Of a stretch of DNA of 10,240 bases, positions 7,156-10,240 are shown one piece after another. The translations under genes were made by a program, and so were the position numbers. Where the stretch lies: the NCBI GenBank assembly GCA_021399395.1, contig JAAFKJ010000192.1:1-10240 (forward strand), given 5' to 3'. Every line of letters begins with the position of its first letter. Positions within the stretch are counted from its first letter, which is position 1. The notes under the pieces are model-generated. The model worked only from the letters and a program-made list of their open reading frames with translations, was not told the origin of the DNA and ran no database searches. The DNA comes from Candidatus Heimdallarchaeota archaeon (GTDB lineage: Archaea; Asgardarchaeota; Heimdallarchaeia; Heimdallarchaeales; Heimdallarchaeaceae).

Positions 7156-8364
7156 ATGAATAAAAAAGGACTAATTTTAATCTTCCTTTTTGTAGTTTCT
7201 GCTGTCGGTGCTGTGACTTTTACACAAGCAGCCACCGATGATCAAGTCGAAGTTACACTTTCTTATATCCCTTCAGCTTATGTTGAAATGGGTGAAGTGT
7301 ACGTCGAATTTGACAGCAGATTCTTAGATGACAATATGGTATTTGGAGAAGACGACACCATAAACTTTGCCTTCTTTTACGATGTAGCTGTTGAAACATG
7401 GGGCGGCGCCCACACATATGGTGGGGGTATCCAACCCGAGATGTGGTATTACGAAACACCAGATCCCAACAGTACCTGTCTGTATACCGAAACAAGATTT
7501 GTCGGTGTTTTCAATGTAATGATCGACAATTATGATATCGGTATGACAAACTTTGACATATGGGCAGACAACGGAAACTATCAAGATATCGCTATACAAT
7601 TAGATATCGGATGGCACGTTATGACTATCGTAGCTGCTGAATTGATTTCCGACTGCAACCACACCACATGGGAGTGGACATATGCAAAGGATCAGAAGAG
7701 ATTCTATGTCTCTGAAGATAAAGAAGACACACCTGCATTGTCAGAAGACGCAAGTTATAATGAAATAGATGTTCTTGCAACTCCAGTGAACTCAGAAGAT
7801 TTGAATGCATATTATAATTGGACCAGCTTCCTAGACTCACCAAGGCCAATCGCAGAAGCAACCCTGAACCAATATACAATCGAAGATCTCGGAACTGAAG
7901 CAGTTCCAGTGACAACTGATTTCGCTTTGCAATATAACGCATCAGATAACGTCTTAACTCTAGCCGACGGACCAAGCGGTCTAATGTATGACAACATCTA
8001 CGAGATGGGACCATTAACATACATGTGGATCGTTAATGACCAACCTGCTATTATAGCAAACGATACTTTTGAACCAGCAACACTAGATGTTGGACTATAC
8101 AAAGGACAAAATTGGATTTACTTCGTTCTATTTGGTTTCAGAGTAGATGATTACTCTCAATTATACAGTAATCCTGCTCCACAGTTAGCTACAACTACAG
8201 TCAGATTTGACTTGTGGTTAGGTGACTTACCAGAAGAACCAACATACACAGACCCATGTCCAGAATGTATATGTCCAGAACCAACACCAGGGTTCGGCAT
8301 ATTTATAAGTGTCTCAATGCTCGGGCTAGCAGCCGTACTTATGATGGTACGCAGAAGAAAATAA
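7156..8364 (+). CDS. Secreted acidic beta-rich cell-surface protein with PGF-CTERM-type (Heimdall-CTERM-like) sorting signal
   Basis: Sec signal MNKKGLILIFLFVVSAVGAVTFTQA. D/E/Y/W-rich mature region with five N-x-S/T sequons (NST, NHT, NWT, NAS, NDT). Pro/Thr linker, then TPGF + TM helix GIFISVSMLGLAAVLMMV + RRRK. Confidence 0.85.
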   Translation: MNKKGLILIFLFVVSAVGAVTFTQAATDDQVEVTLSYIPSAYVEMGEVYVEFDSRFLDDNMVFGEDDTINFAFFYDVAVETWGGAHTYGGGIQPEMWYYETPDPNSTCLYTETRFVGVFNVMIDNYDIGMTNFDIWADNGNYQDIAIQLDIGWHVMTIVAAELISDCNHTTWEWTYAKDQKRFYVSEDKEDTPALSEDASYNEIDVLATPVNSEDLNAYYNWTSFLDSPRPIAEATLNQYTIEDLGTEAVPVTTDFALQYNASDNVLTLADGPSGLMYDNIYEMGPLTYMWIVNDQPAIIANDTFEPATLDVGLYKGQNWIYFVLFGFRVDDYSQLYSNPAPQLATTTVRFDLWLGDLPEEPTYTDPCPECICPEPTPGFGIFISVSMLGLAAVLMMVRRRK

Positions 8365-8365
8365 T

Positions 8366-8372
8366 AAGGTGA
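8366..8372 (+). promoter_or_regulatory. Archaeal Shine-Dalgarno site
   Basis: AAGGTGA, 8 nt before ATG 8381; same motif and spacing as at 7141. Confidence 0.7.
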
Positions 8373-8380
8373 GCTTAAAT

Positions 8381-10240
8381 ATGAAAAGAAATACAGCGAT
8401 TTTCGCACTTCTAATCCTTACTAGCCTGCTCGCAACAAGTGCAGCAACCACAACTGTAAATGTAGATGGTGCTACAGCAATCGCCAACATTGTCTTTAAG
8501 ACAAACGGCGGTGGTGTAAGACCAGACTATGGGTTGTACATTGCACAATATCTCAGAGCACTAGGTATCGAAGTAGAAGTCAAAGTAGAAGAATGGTCGG
8601 TATTCATAGGAACACTCCTATTAACACACGATTATGATATAGGTATAGTCGGTCTAACCGGTGGTGGAGCATCTCCCGATATGAGAGACGTCTACTCAGA
8701 AAATGGGTCACTTAACCTGTTCTTAGTCGGTCCAGATATACCATATGGTCTTGATAGTGAAGAAATGCAAGCTTCAGGTGTTACAATCACTGATCTTGAA
8801 GCAAGACAACAACACTATTATGATTGGCAACAATTGATGATGGATAAAATCGTCCCAATGTTACCATTGTACTCACCCAGAACTTACGTAGGAACATGGG
8901 CTAATACATTAGGTTACGAAGGAAGATGGGGAATAGTTGATTCCTTACCATACATGGAATATGATGGCTATCATGACGGTCAAGCGTCTTTAACCGAATT
9001 CAATTTAGCAGATGCTAACTGGAGAGAACTCAATCCATTGTTCACAGATGATACATCAAGTTCATTCATCTGGGATCTAATGTCTGAATCAGTTCTAACA
9101 TTTAGTCCAGATCTTGCACCTCTTAAAACAGGTCTAGTTATTGACTGGGATCAAATTGATGAATTCCATTACAAATTCTACATGAGAGATAATGTATATT
9201 GGAACCCATCATACAATGTTACAATGAGAACCGCAAGTTCAGGCCTATTAAGCGCAATCCCAACTTCAGAGCTAATGAAAGGATTAAATGATCCTCTTGT
9301 AGCCGACGATGGTGAATACAGCGATGGTTCTAACCAACAAGTTACAGCTAAAGATGTAGTCTTTACCTATCTAGCTTGGTCAAACCCAGTTATCAGTGAA
9401 AGTACAACTTATCATGATTGGATCTCAGGTTGTTATGTAGATCCAGTAGATCCTTTGGCTTTCCACATCCACATTGATGGTGATCCAACTACTATCCCAG
9501 TAGAGCAATACGTAGACTTTTGGGCAAGACTCCCATGGGATGTTCTACCAGAATTTTACTTGAACTCAACCGACCTCGGTGTTACTTACACAGATGGTCA
9601 TATTCCATGTGTTGGTCTATACGAAGGTATGGAAACTACACCTGAGTGGGTTGCTTTCAGTACATCAGCTTTTGGCTGTGGTAAATACATGCTTGATTAC
9701 GCCGCTGATAACTCCGTTACAGTTTTACAAGCCAATCCAGATTGGTTTGGTATTGGAGCAATCGATGGTGAAGCTCAAGACTTGGACATTACTACAATCA
9801 ACATTCGTGTTATTCCTGATACCTCTGCTGAACTAGCAGAATTCAAGGCAGGAAAACTAGATTGGACTGGTTTAACCGCATGGCCCGCAGAAAGAAAGCA
9901 GATGCAAGCAGACCCAAGATTTGAAGTGCAAACCTATGTAGTAGGATATATCACATTCATGTTCTACAACCTACGTCGTCCTTTTGTTGGCGGTGCAGAT
10001 AACTTCGAATATCTTGACGCTATAGGTAAGGAAGAATATACCAAGGCTTGTGCAGTTCGTAAAGCTATGAACTACGCAATTGACCGTGATGAAATGAACC
10101 AGGTTCTACATGATGGTGAATATCTAATTGCTCACAGTGTTCTTTACCCATCCACAGCATACTACTACTACAATGATATCATAAAATACAATTATGATCT
10201 CTATTCAGCTATGGAATGGTTAATCGCCGCTGGTTATCCA
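8381..10240 (+). CDS. ABC transporter substrate-binding protein, family 5 (OppA/DppA/NikA-like), circularly permuted; 3'-truncated (>=620 aa)
   Basis: Manual translation shows no stop from ATG 8381 to the window end. Signal peptide MKRNTAIFALLILTSLLATSAA. SBP_bac_5 motifs include LNPLFTDDTSSSFIWDLMSESVL, YKFYMRDNVYW...SDG..QVTAKDVVFTY, FGCGKYML, LQANPDWFG, IRVIPDTSAELAEFKAGKLD, FMFYNLRRPF, VRKAMNYAIDRDEM, YNYDLYSAMEWLIAAGY, IAQYLRALGIEVEVKVEEW and TDLEARQQHYYDWQQLMMDKIVPMLPLY. Confidence 0.92.
   Translation, partial: MKRNTAIFALLILTSLLATSAATTTVNVDGATAIANIVFKTNGGGVRPDYGLYIAQYLRALGIEVEVKVEEWSVFIGTLLLTHDYDIGIVGLTGGGASPDMRDVYSENGSLNLFLVGPDIPYGLDSEEMQASGVTITDLEARQQHYYDWQQLMMDKIVPMLPLYSPRTYVGTWANTLGYEGRWGIVDSLPYMEYDGYHDGQASLTEFNLADANWRELNPLFTDDTSSSFIWDLMSESVLTFSPDLAPLKTGLVIDWDQIDEFHYKFYMRDNVYWNPSYNVTMRTASSGLLSAIPTSELMKGLNDPLVADDGEYSDGSNQQVTAKDVVFTYLAWSNPVISESTTYHDWISGCYVDPVDPLAFHIHIDGDPTTIPVEQYVDFWARLPWDVLPEFYLNSTDLGVTYTDGHIPCVGLYEGMETTPEWVAFSTSAFGCGKYMLDYAADNSVTVLQANPDWFGIGAIDGEAQDLDITTINIRVIPDTSAELAEFKAGKLDWTGLTAWPAERKQMQADPRFEVQTYVVGYITFMFYNLRRPFVGGADNFEYLDAIGKEEYTKACAVRKAMNYAIDRDEMNQVLHDGEYLIAHSVLYPSTAYYYYNDIIKYNYDLYSAMEWLIAAGYP

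Noticed and set aside
7253-8408. Five short minus-strand ORFs (7253-7495, 7324-7599, 7625-8020, 7812-7997, 8157-8408)
   Set aside because: All antisense to a well-supported gene with SD, signal peptide and CTERM; no coherent protein features.
9579-9836. 85-aa + strand ORF from the track
   Set aside because: Alternative frame inside the SBP gene (8381..>10240), whose frame carries the conserved motifs.
1-10240. tRNA, rRNA, CRISPR array, IS element
   Set aside because: Intergenic gaps are all under ~175 nt and AT-rich; no cloverleaf, spaced repeats, terminal inverted repeats or transposase motifs were seen.

Overview
AT-rich archaeal DNA with eight co-directional + strand genes; both terminal genes appear truncated by the window. 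The genes are: (1) an Hrq1/SftH/MrfA-type DEAH helicase with a C-terminal Cys4 DUF1998 domain; (2) a small helical hypothetical protein; (3) a degenerate Rab-like (pseudo)GTPase with a winged-helix-like N-terminus; (4) a GT-C/GT87-like membrane glycosyltransferase; (5) an archaeal type IV pilin with a class III signal peptide; (6) an intact Rab-like small GTPase with an acidic linker and C-terminal coiled coil; (7) a secreted acidic surface protein with a PGF-CTERM-type anchor; and (8) a family 5 (OppA/DppA-like) ABC substrate-binding protein starting at 8381, absent from the ORF track because it runs off the window. Rab-like GTPases, PGF-CTERM, a class III signal and GGTGA ribosome-binding sites suggest an Asgard archaeon, probably Heimdallarchaeia (inference, no search run). 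The most striking observation is that the substrate-binding protein appears circularly permuted: the normally C-terminal ~160 aa come first, and the fold carries several large insertions. No RNA genes, CRISPR arrays or mobile elements were seen.
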